Positions 27,834 to 42,829 of a stretch of DNA of 64,000 bases are shown here, one piece after another. A program made the translations under genes and the position numbers. Below the pieces are notes generated by a model that searched no databases, was not told the origin of the DNA, and was given only the letters and a program-made list of their open reading frames with translations. The stretch is from NCBI GenBank assembly GCA_951406725.2, contig OX597820.1:54374001-54438000 (forward strand). The letters are read 5' to 3'. Every line of letters starts with the position of its first letter. Position 1 is the stretch's first letter. Source of the stretch: Octopus vulgaris. Its lineage: Eukaryota.

Positions 27834-28126
27834 AGAGAGAAAGAGAGAGAGAGAGAGGGAGGGAGAGATAAAACTTACTTGGAAAAGGATGCGTGGCGTT
27901 CGATCATACAACAATATAAATAATATATTAATATATGCATATATACATACAAATATGTACATACCTACATATATATGTATATATACATGCATATGCGGGT
28001 ACAGGACATAAAAAAAACGTTGAACACAATGAGAAACGAAAACATAAAAACAAAAACATAGAAACGAACTTTTTTTCAAACGACAAAAAAACAGAGAAAT
28101 GAGACATACAACATAAAGAATATTCT

Positions 28127-28438
28127 AATATGCTAATCGCTGGTGTATCCCTTCAATAGAAAACAACTGGCCCTTTCAAACGAATGTTTATTCATGACTC
28201 GATTCATTAGCATAAGGAATCGTTGAGACATCCGGTGTTTCAACGTCGTTTTGTCTCTTCAGTGAAAGCTAGTCTTGTGAATTCTGAGCCATTCGTATAT
28301 CTTCTACAGACATGGTGTATAGCAGTCGCAGTCTCGTCACCTAATATTCAAGCTCAGTCTTTCGGGCAGCACATATGGTATCCAGGAACTTTGATGCAAT
28401 CGGTTCCACCAAGAATTGTTGACTAAGATAAATTACCT
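28127..28438 (+). repeat. 312-bp direct copy of 37556-37867
   Basis: About 3 substitutions seen between copies; duplicated ORF in the track (28223 and 37652). Confidence 0.93.
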
Positions 28439-28679
28439 TCTTCAGTTGTCCCTGTTTCATCTAGTCCGCGTTCGAAGGTAAGGACACAAGACGCGACTTC
28501 GTTGAAACAGTCCTTCCCGCAAAGCAAATTAAATAAGATTTGGGATTTTTTTGCGGAGGGTGAAAGTGGTAACAAGAACAGGACGGTGAGAACAATAAAA
28601 TTAAAAACAGTAAAAGACAGAACAATGAGAACAAAACAGTAAAAACAAACGAGGAGGGCTGCCGTTTAAATGCTTGTGC

Positions 28680-29470
28680 AAGGCATCCTGTTGACGACAG
28701 TCCATTTCTGAAGTGACTGTTTCTTTTCGGTTTAACACTTCATGATAAACGACACTCTTCATAACTTTTTTTTCGGATTTAGTCTCATGGCTCAATGGTT
28801 TTAGCATCGGACTCACAATAATGAGGTAGTGAGTTCGATTCCCGAACCAGGCTGTTTGTTGTACTCTTGAGCAAGACCCTTTTTTATGTTGATCAAGTGT
28901 AGAAATTAGTTGCGACGTCACTGGTGCCAAGCTGTATCGACCTTTGCTTTTCCCTTAGATAACATCGGTGGTGTGAAGAGGGGAAGCTAGTATGCATGGG
29001 CGACTGCTGGTCTTTCATAAAAACAACCTTACCCAGGCTTGTGCTTCGGAGGGGAACTTTCTGGGTGCAATCCCATGGTCATTCATGACTGGAGGGGGTC
29101 TTTAGCCTTTTACCATGGTTTGAGGATAATTTCGCCTTTTTCATTGGTGTTAACTATTTCGTTGGATGATTATAGAGAACTCACATTTAATGACTTATTA
29201 TGATTTTATCTGGGAAAGGTTCTGTAATGAGTTTGCTCTTCAGTGACGAGCACAGAACAACTTTCGATTAAGTTGAGAAGCAATCGGATGTTGAAGCATT
29301 CTCTGATTAGGTTAGACACGTTCCTTAGTTCACGAAAGTGTTTTACGATAGAAGTATGACTTGAATTAAAATGTTTCCCTAATTCTCGTGCGGTTTGCTT
29401 TAGATTTTCCTCAACTAATGTTTTCAAAAGCTCAATATTGACAGAGAGGAATCTGCGAGAGAAAAATTTC
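28680..29470 (-). mobile_element. mariner transposase relic split by a SINE
   Basis: LLKTLVEENLKQTARELG...TSIVKH (29206-29502) and KKVM..VVYHEVLNRKETVTSE (~28690-28790). Confidence 0.65.
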
Positions 29471-29782
29471 CTTTGCAAAACTGTCCAAGCCATCGCTGGC
29501 ATGTCCTAATAATTAAAGCTTTTGAAACAGATTTTAAAGAGGTAAAATTGATACGAATTGAACAACTATATATATACATATAGTATAAAGTAATCTGCAA
29601 AAAAAAGAAAAGAAAAATACATTAGAAACTTGTTTCCCAACCACATGGTTCCGAGTTCAGTCCCACTATGTGGTACCTTGAGCAAGTGACTTCTTCTAAA
29701 GCCTCGAGCCAGCCAAAGCCTTGTGAGCGGATTTGGTAGACGGAAACTGAATGAAGCTCGTCGTATATATATGTGTGTGTGA

Positions 29783-29864
<82 letters not shown>

Positions 29865-30289
29865 TTCTGTTTGCCTCCCACCCCACCATCGCGTAACATA
29901 GCGGCTCGGCAAAGAAACCGATAGAATAAGTACCAGGCTTTTAATATAAGAAATATGTACCGGGGTCCATTCATTCGACTGAAATTCTGTTCAGGGCGGT
30001 ATTCCATCATGGCCGTTGGCTAATGACTTAAACAAGTAAAAGATAAAAGACAACACGGCTTGTAGCAACATAAACATAAGGCCAGAATAAAAATAAAAAT
30101 AAAAGTAATAAAGCTGCAGCAGCTATCTTGGCACAGCAAACATTAAAACACAACAATCAACAATTTAACAAATATAAACAAAAAGCAAGAGATAAACACA
30201 TGTAATTCCATATTTATGCCAGAGCAGGCAAGAGACACTAAAACACTGTATATTTCTAGAATAAGCTGCATTGGTCATATCACTTCATG

Positions 30290-30800
30290 CGATATCAGTA
30301 CAGACAGCAGTTAGCTAACATTCCTACTGAATAGTTTAATAAAATTATCATTAAAAAGAAATCAGACTGGAAGAAAAGAATTACAAAGTTCTGAGAAAAC
30401 CATGACCTAACATCCTTTATTTTGACATGCGAGGTAGAATATCTATCGTGACTCCGACCCAACATCCGCTTTACACTCGAAATAGAACTTCTATGGAAAT
30501 AGTAAGCCAACACTTCTTTTAGATCCGAGACGGAACTTCTATAAAACTGTGAACCGATTCAACAGTTGTTATACCACAAACAGAACGACGCAATTTTCCT
30601 TTTATACCCAAGGTAAGGCTTCTATGATGACTGTGAGACGTGTTCTTCTTTATATCTAAAATGGATCTTCTACAGAGACACTCCATATAGCACTTTTGGA
30701 GGAGATTGAGAGCCTTCATCCTTTTTACACGCGAAATACATTTGCTATGGAAATTGTGACCCATCATTATTCTTTACACACCCGAAACAGAACTTCTAAG
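30290..30800 (-). mobile_element. Possible highly decayed mariner relic
   Basis: ALNLLQKCYMECLCRRSI resembles a mariner N-terminal HTH; many stops. Confidence 0.3.
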
Positions 30801-30899
30801 CAGACTTTGACCAACATCCTTTGTGGACCCAACAGCTTTCTGAAGCCCCAAGTAAGAATTTCTGTGGAGACAGTGACCCAACGTTCTTTCTACACTCGA

Positions 30900-30969
<70 letters not shown>

Positions 30970-31049
30970 CGTTGTGGTGGTGGTGGTGGTGGTGGTGGTG
31001 GTGGTGGTGGTGGTGGTGGTGGTGGTGGTAGTAGTAGTAGTAGTTGTAT

Positions 31050-31105
<56 letters not shown>

Positions 31106-32276
31106 AGCCTGTTAAAAATCAAATCAAAATCAAAAGACATTGGTTTAAAAAAAAGTACGTTGGATAATGTACTATAGGACACAATATGCCTGAAAAAGGA
31201 TGGGATTGCCATAGCTGGATTGTCTATAATTACACATCTACGCAATCAGGAATTACCTGGAACTAAACAAGACCAAAAACCAGATAACAGTAGCCAACTT
31301 GGGGCCTCAGCATAGGTATTAGATATGGAGAAAATAGCAGCTAAATTCCTTCAAAATAGACTTCCACTGTCTTTTTAAAACGTAGGATACACTGGAAAAC
31401 GTAGTCCTCGGTATTTACAAAAAGTTAGGTTGGTCACGACTGGAAAAGCCTTGATGGTAGATAGGTCTGCTGAATCAGAATTGAACTGAAGCTAGATGAC
31501 AACTACAACGACCGCGGCATTACTTGTAACAACTGCTGTCTAACATGCGCTCGCGCGCACACACATGCGCACTAAAAAAAACATACAACTGTTAAAAATT
31601 AAATAAATAACTGCAATAACAAGTACAAACGACTGCAAGACGAAGTAGGAAAGCAGTAGTAATAACAATAACGACCACAATAACAACAACTACAACAAAA
31701 ATATAAACAATAAAATAAGCAGTGAAACACTGTGTATGATATTAAATAGCAACAATTACCCCCCAGCAAAGGTCAAACGGCATTAGACGTTACATTAGCA
31801 ATTTCAGTATAAATACCCATAATTCAACGTAGTTCTTTGTTGGTTTAGTTAATGGGAAACAATCTAAACACATGACTTTCATAGACTCGCCCTGCCTATA
31901 GAGATCAATGTGGCTGATGTTCAGCTTAGCTCTTATGCATTTCAACTGACAATATCACGCCCAAATATTCAATTTCCTTCATGTTCAAACCAGCTAGATC
32001 CGGCCTCTCATACCTACTTTACAATGTAATTCTAAAATAAACAATCACATCATAAAATCTCGAAAGTATGAGATAATGCATGATTAATTCAAAATAATGT
32101 GAATAAGTACTGCATTACATCAATAGGCGTAGGAGTGGCTGTGTGGTAAGTAGCTTGCTTACGAACCACATGGTTCCGGGTTCAGTGGCACCTTGGGCAA
32201 GTGTCTTCTACTATAGCCTCGGGCCGACCAAAGCCTTGTGAGTGGATTTGGTAGACGGAAACTGAAAGAAGCCCGT

Positions 32277-32342
<66 letters not shown>

Positions 32343-32499
32343 TGTCTTCTACTATAGCCTCGGGCTACAGTAGAGTGGATTTGGTAGACGGAAACTGAAA
32401 CAAGCCCGTCGTATATACGTATATATAAATATATGTGTGTATGTCTGTGTGTGTGTTTATATATATATATGCATGTGTGTGTGTTTATATATATATATG

Positions 32500-32551
<52 letters not shown>

Positions 32552-34743
32552 TTTGCCTGACAACCGATGCTGGTGTGTTTACGTTCCCGTAACTTAGCGG
32601 TTCGGCAAAAGAGACCGATAGAATAAGGACTAGGCTTACAAAGAATAGGTCCTGGAGTCGATTTGCTCGACTAAAAGGCGGTGCTCCAGCATGGCCACAG
32701 TCAAATGACTGAAACAAGTAAAAGAGTAAAAAGAGAGAGAGAGAGTTAGGTCGACGACTGCAGAGAAAAACATGACCGGTAAAAGAACTTCAGGAAGTTG
32801 TCGTTCTGAATAAGAAATATAAAGCCTTCAGAAGGATTCACATAATGGTTGACAGCATGAGGAAAGAAGAGAACGTCGAGTAGCTACGCTGGCTGTGGTA
32901 TGCAATTAGCTATCGAGGAGAAGCGGATGTCATTGTAATATCGGTTTCACACTTTGGCACAAGGCCAGTAGTTTCAGGGGTGGGGATTGACTTATTTTTA
33001 ATCGATCCCTAAAGGATGAAAAGTAAAGCCGACCTCGATGGAATTCAAACTCAGAACGTAAAGACGGATGAGATGACGCTAAACATTTTTTTCCCGACGT
33101 GCTAACGAATCTGCCAACAAGCCCCCTTTAATGATGTCATCGTAATACCAATATAGAATACAGAGAGATGGCAGGGAATATGTGTTCTAGAAGATGGAGT
33201 GTAATGGTGTGTGATTCTTTGGCAATAAGAAAACTCCTTTACCAAACAATTTTCCAAATCAATCTGTAAAAAATTGTGTGAAAAAAAAAAGGGGGAAACA
33301 TAAAACGTTTCCCTACTAGACACCTTCTTACCATTCCTTCAGCTACTGTTGATTCACTACTGAATAATAAAAAGCCCCAGTATGCTGTCATTGAAATTAT
33401 TTATGCTGGTTGCAAGCCTACTTGTCTAAGCAAGCCAGGGTGCTTCTTTGGCCACAAGCACCTACACGGAATTATAGAAAAAGGGTAAAAAACTGAAACA
33501 AGTACCGTAAAGATGCTCTAATCAGTGAGCCAATCCACCACCCTACATTCCTACTTTATTTTATCTATATCGGAAGAATGAAAGACAAAGTTGACGGTGA
33601 CGGGATCTGAACTCAGCACGCAGAGTCCCGGAAGGAATACCACAACGTATTTTACCCACGCTCAAATTTCCGTTAATATACTATCTTATATCAAAATCCA
33701 CTAGAGTAATCCCTCAAAATACCATAGCCACCGAACATGAGAAAATGCCTAATATATACATAAAACACAGAGAACCGCGAAAGACATTTTGTCTTTGATC
33801 TTTTATTTGCTTCAGTCATTGGGCTGTGGCCATGCCGAGGCACCCCTTAAAGAGTTTAGTCGAATAGCTCAACCTCAATACTTATTTTTAAGTCTGGTAT
33901 TTATTCTATCGGTTACTTTGCCGAACCGCTATACAACGGGGATGTAAGAAACCAACACCGTTTGGTGGAGGGAGACACAACTACAAAAGAACTCACGTAC
34001 GCACACGCACACATGCACACGCATATACACACACATACAACGAACTTCACACTGTTTCCGTCAACCAAATTCACTCACAAGGTATTGGTCGCCCGGGACT
34101 ATAGTAGGAGACACTTGTCCAAGGTGTCACGTATTGAGACTGAACCCGATGCCACGTAGCTGCAAAGCGAGTTGCTTAACCCCTCAGCCATGCCGAAGTT
34201 TTGTGGCAATCAACAAACTCATATACTCAGATCAGAATCATAACAATTCTAAAAATCTAACGAAATTTAATCAAAGCCGTATAACTCAGACCCACCATTC
34301 TCCAGCACAATTCCTTCAAAATTCTAGAAGATATCGTCAACATATGGATTTCTTTATTATTATCATTATTATTATTATTGTAACTGGATCCCCACTACTG
34401 TACCTTTGCCTCCATTCTATTCACTAATCTCACAAAAGAAATGAAGATTTCAGCAACTAAAAACTTATACATTCTAAAACCTCTTACTACTCTATCTACC
34501 ATCAACATCAGCAAATTTTTTCCCTCTATTCAGCGCAAATCTAATATAGAGATTTAATAATAGGCGTAAGAGTGGCTGTGTGGTAAGTAGCTTGCTTACC
34601 AACCACATGGTACCGAGTTCAGTCCCACTGCGTGGCACATTGCGCAAGTGTCTTCTACTATAGCCTCGGGCCGACCAAAGCCTTGTGAGTGGATTTTTTG
34701 TAGACGGAAACTGAAAGAAGCCCGTAGTATATATATATATATG

Positions 34744-34828
<85 letters not shown>

Positions 34829-35174
34829 TTGTGTGTGTGTGTTGTGTGTTTGTCCCGCCAATATCGCTTGACAACTGATGCTGGTGTGTTTACGTCCCCG
34901 TAACTTTGCGGTTCGGCAAAAGAGACCGATAGAATAAGTACTAGGCTTCCAAAGAATAAATCCTGGGGTCGATTTACTCGACTAAAGGCGGTGCTCCAGC
35001 ATGGCTACAGTCAAATGACTGAAACAAGTAAAAAAAGAGTAAAAGAGTAAAGACAAAACACAGGACAGGCTCATAAAATTGCAATAACAACAACAACAAC
35101 GAAAACAACGACAATAATAAATGGAATATTTTTTTTTTCTTTTTCAGATTTTCTTACCTCCGGATTTTGGCCCA

Positions 35175-36002
35175 AAGTTGATTCGCCGAAGTTTCTCAAT
35201 TAGTCACATAGCAATTTTTCAAAGTTTTATTTTTGTTCGGAAGTGGGAAATGTTTTCGAGCATTATCACTGTTACTGCCTTTTCGTTCTGGGTTATCAAG
35301 ATATTTGATAAACACCAAAAATGATTTTTCGCATCAGTGAACATAATTTTATTGCAATAAGCGAGGCTATTTAAAGGACGAGAGGTAGACAGTTATGTAA
35401 ACAGGACGCTTATGTATATAAGATTTAAATTTGCAAAACTGACTATTCTTAGTAGCAGATACAATTTTTAAGCAATAAATTCATTTTTCAATATCTGGCA
35501 GATTTATGGAGAAAAGCGAAAGAAATCGTCCTCCATTTTTCCGTTTTATTATGCAAAGATAAACTCTGTTTCATTAAATATTAAGTTTCTTCTCAGTATA
35601 TTTATTTCTAAATTAACTATACAAAAAAAATAAACTAAAACGAATAAGATGAAAGCAATGCATTAGTTTTTCTCGTGAAAATATTTTTATTTCCGTTTTT
35701 GAGCCACCACATTAAGATAGTAATGTTCTACTGGTTGCTATTCAAAATATATATTAGAACCAGTTATTAGGGTTAGGGTTAGAACTCGACATACTTTAGA
35801 AAGCGTTAGACGAGTAATGAGCGTAATATCAAATAATGAATAATAAAAGAAATCATTTTTGGTGTTTATCAAATATCTTGATAACCCAGAACGAAATGGC
35901 AGTAACAGTGATAATGCTCGAAAACATTTTCCACTTCCGAACAAAAATAAAACTTTGAAAAATTGCTATGTGACTAATTGAGAAACTTCGGCGAATCAAC
36001 TT
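35175..36002. mobile_element. Element with ~153-bp near-perfect terminal inverted repeats
   Basis: 35175-35327 is the reverse complement of 35850-36002 with ~2 mismatches seen; AT-rich non-coding spacer. Confidence 0.75.
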
Positions 36003-36129
36003 CATTAGCTTACCGTTGTTTCTGCTACTAGTTAAGATATAATACACACAGAGCTGAGTGCATTACTTACAACAAAAACATCTGTAAGCTAACAAAAATG
36101 ATTACGTAATTCGTGTTCTTTTGTCCTTC

Positions 36130-36231
<102 letters not shown>

Positions 36232-36597
36232 TAAGTATGTAAATGTGTGTATATATTCGCGCATGTGTGTGTGTGAGATGTGTGAGTGTATTGTGTATAT
36301 TTTATGTGGAGAACGAACCATTGTGAGACGCGATGTGGGGAGTATAAAAGGGATTAGCTCAGTAATTAGAGAAGAACGTATTGAATGAAACACGACAGCA
36401 GAGATGTCATAGATTTCCCATGAACTGGAGACTCAATATTTAATAACCAAATCAATTATATCGTCCACTCGGCTCCATATTTTTTGGCCGACCATAATCG
36501 TGGGCCGATCCGTTTCTTTGTTTGCAATTGTATTCTTCTGTCTCTCCCACAATCATACATGCACATGCGCATACATATTCAGACATGTATTACTTAT

Positions 36598-36658
<61 letters not shown>

Positions 36659-36702
36659 TTCTTCTGTTTGTTTGTGTGTGTGTGTGTGTCTGTGTGTGTG
36701 TG

Positions 36703-36733
<31 letters not shown>

Positions 36734-37379
36734 GTCTGTGTGTATGAATTTGTTACGTTAACTCCTCCGAGACTAACCAACCGATCTTGATGAAAATTGA
36801 CACATGTGTGGGGCTTTTGTTCATGCGGTCACTTGCGCACTTGCAATTTTCAAAGATCAGTAGAACATTTCAATGCAAATTCTCATATGAATGTTATTTT
36901 CTGCCATAACTTTTAAAGTTTTCAACCGATTTTCTTGAAATTTTATACACAGATGGAATATGTGATAAGGATGGGTTGAGACAAATAAATTTTTACCTAG
37001 GCCACTAAACTATAGCGTAAGAGGATTTTTGATTAACTGATTAACGAAACTTGGCCTAAATTGCTGTGGGATTAAAATGTTCATCAATTATTTGAGCGTT
37101 CTCAGGTTGCTGTATTTTCTTAACACTTGCATTTGAAATGATCGATTCTAAACCTTGCATTCATGTTCTGCCAGCCCTCTCTTTCTCATCGTTTCTCACC
37201 CCACTTCTACTGTCCTCGAACCTCGTGTGCCAGCGAAAAAATTAATCCATAAGCCGCCTGGAGCATTTTATAAGTTTCGATAACGTTTTTGGAGCGATAA
37301 GAGCCGCAACACATACTATAGAATCTTTTAACAACTCTACCAATCGATCTTTTATACACACTCTACCAATCGATCTTTT

Positions 37380-37510
<131 letters not shown>

Positions 37511-38942
37511 TGCGATCACATATATTCGTTTTTTGTTCCAGCAGATTGGAGCGTAAATATGCTAATCGCTGGTGTATCTCTTCAATAGAAAACAACTGGC
37601 TCTTTCAAACGAATGTTTATTCATGACTCGATTCATTAGCATAAGGAATCGTTGAGACATCCGGTGTTTCAACGTCGTTTTGTCTCTTCAGTGAAAGCTA
37701 GTCTTGTGAATTCTGAGCCATTCGTATATCTTCTACAGACATGGTGTATAGCAGTCGCAGTCTCGTCACCTGATATTCAAGCTCAGTCTTTCGGGCAGCA
37801 CATATGGTATCCAGGAACTTTGATGCAATCGGTTCCACCAAGAATTGTTGACTAAGATAAATTACCTAGAGACGCCATGGGCATACACTGAATAGTTGAG
37901 TGTTAACAACATGTTCAGTGTAGGGAAAAGCCAAAAACTAGTATTAGCTCGGAGCTACCATTAAAATTGCTTTTCTTCTTCTTCTCCTTCTTCTCCACCT
38001 ATTTCTTCTTCAGCCCTGATCTGGCTCATCTTTGATCAACAAAGAATGGAATATCGACAGCCTCGATAATAACATGCTTGCACTGACGAGTCAAAGAGTC
38101 ATCTGCATAGTCACACAACTTGCAAGAAGTATCAGTCTATCTTACTCAAATCACATCGTACACTATTTAAATCTGAAAGGAATACACTGGACACTATGGT
38201 CGTGCACGCATTATGTTCGAGTAAAAGACTGGATGGTCACGAATGGAACGCTGAAGTTAACCTGTAACATAAAGAACAGGAACAACATACTTAACAACCG
38301 AGCTGATTCAATGATGATGAGGTCTACCTGGTCGCTAAACCTACCAGAAATACCAGCAAAATTTCACTCAAATCTCATCGTATACTATTTAAAGTACGAA
38401 GAGAACATTGGATAACGTAGTCGTAGATGCATTTTGTTCAAATAAATGAGGATGTGGTCACGGCTGGAACTCAGAACTAACGTGGGGGGAAATAACTACA
38501 AAACAACAGAAACAGCATACTTACCAGAACTGATCCAACAAGAGAATGTCTACATGGTTGGTATACCTGCTAGAAATAGCCCTCGAATACCATCAAATCA
38601 TGCCTATCGTCTTAAGGAAGGACAGAATTCTTTACTAGACATACAAACGAGACAAGATGAGTTTGTGTCAGCTGGAAATAAAAAAAGAAACCTTTGATTA
38701 TAGATCTGCTGAAATGCTTTGATTATGGGTTTACTCAGTCAGGGTTGACCTGAGGCGACATAAAATATGCGAGACAACAGATGCTACAGGTGCTCACACG
38801 TCACTCATGTAATTATATTGATATATTAACTAATTATAATTATGTCTATTATTGATAGCATAGAAAATATTTAGATCGTATCGAGATATGCAGAAGATAC
38901 ATACAAGTGTATGTCTGCTATCTGTGTGTGTATATATGTATG

Positions 38943-38996
<54 letters not shown>

Positions 38997-39338
38997 ATTA
39001 TAATATATATATTATATATATATGCATGCATACATGCATGTACGTATACACACACACACGTATGTATATATATATATGTGTGTGTGTGTGTATAATACAT
39101 ACATGCATGCATGCATACATACACACACATACATGCATCATTACATACATATATAGATACACACAGATATATGCGCTTACATACACACGCGCGCATACAC
39201 CCAAAAACATTGGCAGATTATAAAGTATATTCAGCCACCAGTTGCGATTAAGGCTTTGTACCTACTTACATATAGACATACATACATCCACAAAAACATA
39301 TAGACAGTCACCCGCGCGCACACACTAACACACAAACG

Positions 39339-39387
<49 letters not shown>

Positions 39388-39439
39388 ATATAGTCAAATG
39401 TACGTGCGTGCACACAGGCACAATGGCAGATTATATATA

Positions 39440-40510
39440 CACAGAAGTGACAGAAGTAAATAGACCCCATAAAACTTTGTTTATGCTTATTTTAATTTGA
39501 AATGGTTTATATTTTTCACTAATTGACATTTTTATGTTCCAAATTCTATATGTGGCTGTTTACTCATGCCACGTACAAAAGAAGCCTTGAAATTGTCTGA
39601 ATTTCAAAGAGGTTGTATTGTGGGTCAATCCGAAGTTAGTCTTAGCGTAAAACCGCAGAAAAACTTGGAATTCTGCTTTTTACAGTTAATAGAGTGATTG
39701 TGTGATTCACCATAAAGAAGACTTCACATCATATCGCCCAGATCGACCCAGATCTGACACGACCCTTCACTCTATTAAGAGAAATGTGGAGGATGATCCT
39801 TATTGCAAGGCCTCTGACATAACAGAAAATTGATGTCAGTCCCAGAACAGCTGTCAGGTATCTTCATAAACTTGACTACTGTGGCAGAGCAAGAAAGAAG
39901 CCACTTCTTCCACCAACCAATATAATGGGGAGAATAGAGGGCCCGTGAAATGGTGGAGAGGCCACTAGCATTTTGGGACATTGTCATATTCTCTGATAAG
40001 TCCAGATTTACAGTATTTTTAACTGTGGTCGAGTGTGGTTCTGGAGACTCTGTGATCAAGAATTTGACGTTAAAAGATTGCAGTTAACAAGGAAACACTG
40101 CAGCAATTCTGTGAATATCTGCGGAGCCATTTGGAGCAACGGTTGATCAGAACTGGTGGAGTGTGGGGGAAACATATACTCAGATAAATATGTGTCCATA
40201 TTGCAGGAAGAGCTCCTTCCAATCTTCTCTAATGGTGAAGTGATTAAAGAAGATTCTATTTATCTCGGCTAAAAAGATTCAAGATTGGTTGAAAGAGAAT
40301 GACATTAAAAAGCTTCCATAGCCAAGCCAGTCACCAGATATGAATCCTATTGAACACCTCTGGGGCATAATGAACAGGACACTTCGTAAAAGAACAAGAA
40401 AGCATCTTAAAAGCCAGATATTTTGAGATTGCTGCATGAAACTGGGCAAGAAATTTCTCAAGAGAATATTCGTCATCTCATAAGCTCCTTGTGGAAAATG
40501 CAAAGGGCAT
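39440..40510 (+). mobile_element. Decayed Tc1-like transposon
   Basis: Starts after TA with CACAGAAGTGACAGAAGTAAATAGAC; PSQSPDMNPIEHLW motif at 40322-40363. Confidence 0.75.
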
Positions 40511-40845
40511 ATCTACTAATATATATATATATATCATATATACACAGAAGTGACAGAAGTAAATAGACACCCCATAAAACATTGTTTTATGCTTATTTTA
40601 ATTTGAAAGAGTATATAATTGTAATTAACGGTCTTATGTGCCCAAGTCATCTCGAGTTGACAATGACAGATGTGACATACTGTAACATCCAGGTGTGACA
40701 GCTAGCACTCTTATAGCAGAACAAGCCTTTAATGAAGTGCCTTGTTCAAGGACACAATACGCCAATAATTCAACATGATCGCGCCTTTACACACATAGAG
40801 ACACACATGCACGCACACACGCACGCACGCACACACACACACATG

Positions 40846-40944
<99 letters not shown>

Positions 40945-41249
40945 CCGTCGGTCACGAATGACAATGGTTGCACCTAAAAGATTCCACTCCAGGGTACAAG
41001 TCTTGGCGGAAAGTTGCCTCGTCGTCGAACGCACAACCTAGAGTTGTTTTTATGAAAGACCAGCAGTCGCCCATGCGTACTAGCCTCTCTCTCCGCGCCA
41101 CCGATATTATCCAAGGGAAAGGCAAAGGCCGATACAGCTTGGGACCAGTGATGTCGCAACTCATTTCTACAGATGAGTTAACTGGAGCAACGTGAAATAA
41201 AGTGTCTTGCTCAAGAAAACACCACGCTGTAACCACTGAGCTATGCGCC

Positions 41250-41320
<71 letters not shown>

Positions 41321-42405
41321 TGAATGACAGATTTGGTGTTTGGAGTTGATGGAACGAAAGAACGCCGGAAAGTAACCTTCTTACGATCCATTGACCTCAC
41401 AGAAAGCTTAATATGCATTTTCCCACAAGTCTAAAAAGAAATTTTTCACCCGGGACTATTTCCGCAACGGAAGTTCTTCTCACGTCCGAATGCCCTTAAA
41501 CGTGTTAAATATGAGTTAACACAAATATATTTAATTCTACACTGGTTCGTACGAATTATATGAGTGCGTGTATGTGTGCGTGTGTGAATGTATTTACATA
41601 TGTCTGTGTGTGTGTGTGTGTGTGTGTATAATAAACATAATTATTGAAATATGATAATTGGCTATAATAATAATCGAAATATAAAGTACATTTTATAAAT
41701 TCCACGTTTGTACGCTATGTTATATAACACTCCAGTACAAACTATTTTCTGTTTTAGAAGTTTCTGTTTTTCTTGTTATTTTTAAACCGCCATCGCCTCT
41801 CTTCCTCCTTATTTCTCTCTGTCTCTCTCTATCTCTCTCTATTTCTCTGTTTCTCTTTTTCACTCCCTCCCTCCCTCCTTCCCTCCTCGTGTCCTCGCTG
41901 CACTTTCGTCCGGGTAGTCACCATGAAAACTTTGGTTCTGTTTGTTCTATCTGACAAATCAAAAGATTCAAATAAGGTCCCACTCATCATAATGAAATTA
42001 GTTATAATAGGAGCACGCTGTCGAGCAAATTAACTTTGTGGAATTCTAGGTCAAACGCCGGATGGGAGAGGGAGAAGGAGAGGGAGAGGGAAGATGCAAT
42101 TTGTAATTTCGGGAGCTGAGTCCATCCACTAAATGCCACCAGTACTGTAATACAATACGATCTTAATGTCTCTATTGTAACTATAAATAACCATGACTGA
42201 TCTCTGCAGCAAACTGATACATGCAAACAAACATCTATACTATTATTATTATTATTATTATTAATTATACGATCTGAGTTCAAATTCCTCCGAGTTCGAC
42301 TTTGCCTCTCATCCTTTCTGTGTCGATAAAATAAGTATCAGGTGAACACTGGGGTCGATGTAACTAACTCGTCCCCACCGCCCCAAAGCTGCCCTTGTGT
42401 CAAAA

Positions 42406-42462
<57 letters not shown>

Positions 42463-42641
42463 GTTGTTGTTGTTGTTTTTGTTGTTGTTGTTGTTGTTGT
42501 TGTTGTTATTATATACGTTCTGAGTTCAAATTCCGCCGAGGTCAACTTAGCCTTTCTTCCTTTCTGACTCACCATCCTACTCCGAAATTACTGACCTTGT
42601 GCCAAAATTTGAACCCATTATTGTTGTTGATATTATTATTA

Positions 42642-42691
<50 letters not shown>

Positions 42692-42701
42692 GTTGTTGTT
42701 G

Positions 42702-42744
<43 letters not shown>

Positions 42745-42829
42745 CATCATTATTATTATCATCATCATCATCATCATCATCATCATTATCATCATCATCA
42801 TCATCATCGTCATCATCATCATCATCATT

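Noticed and set aside
36330-36350. TATA box (GTATAAAAGG)
   Set aside because: An isolated motif in AT-rich DNA with no associated gene evidence.
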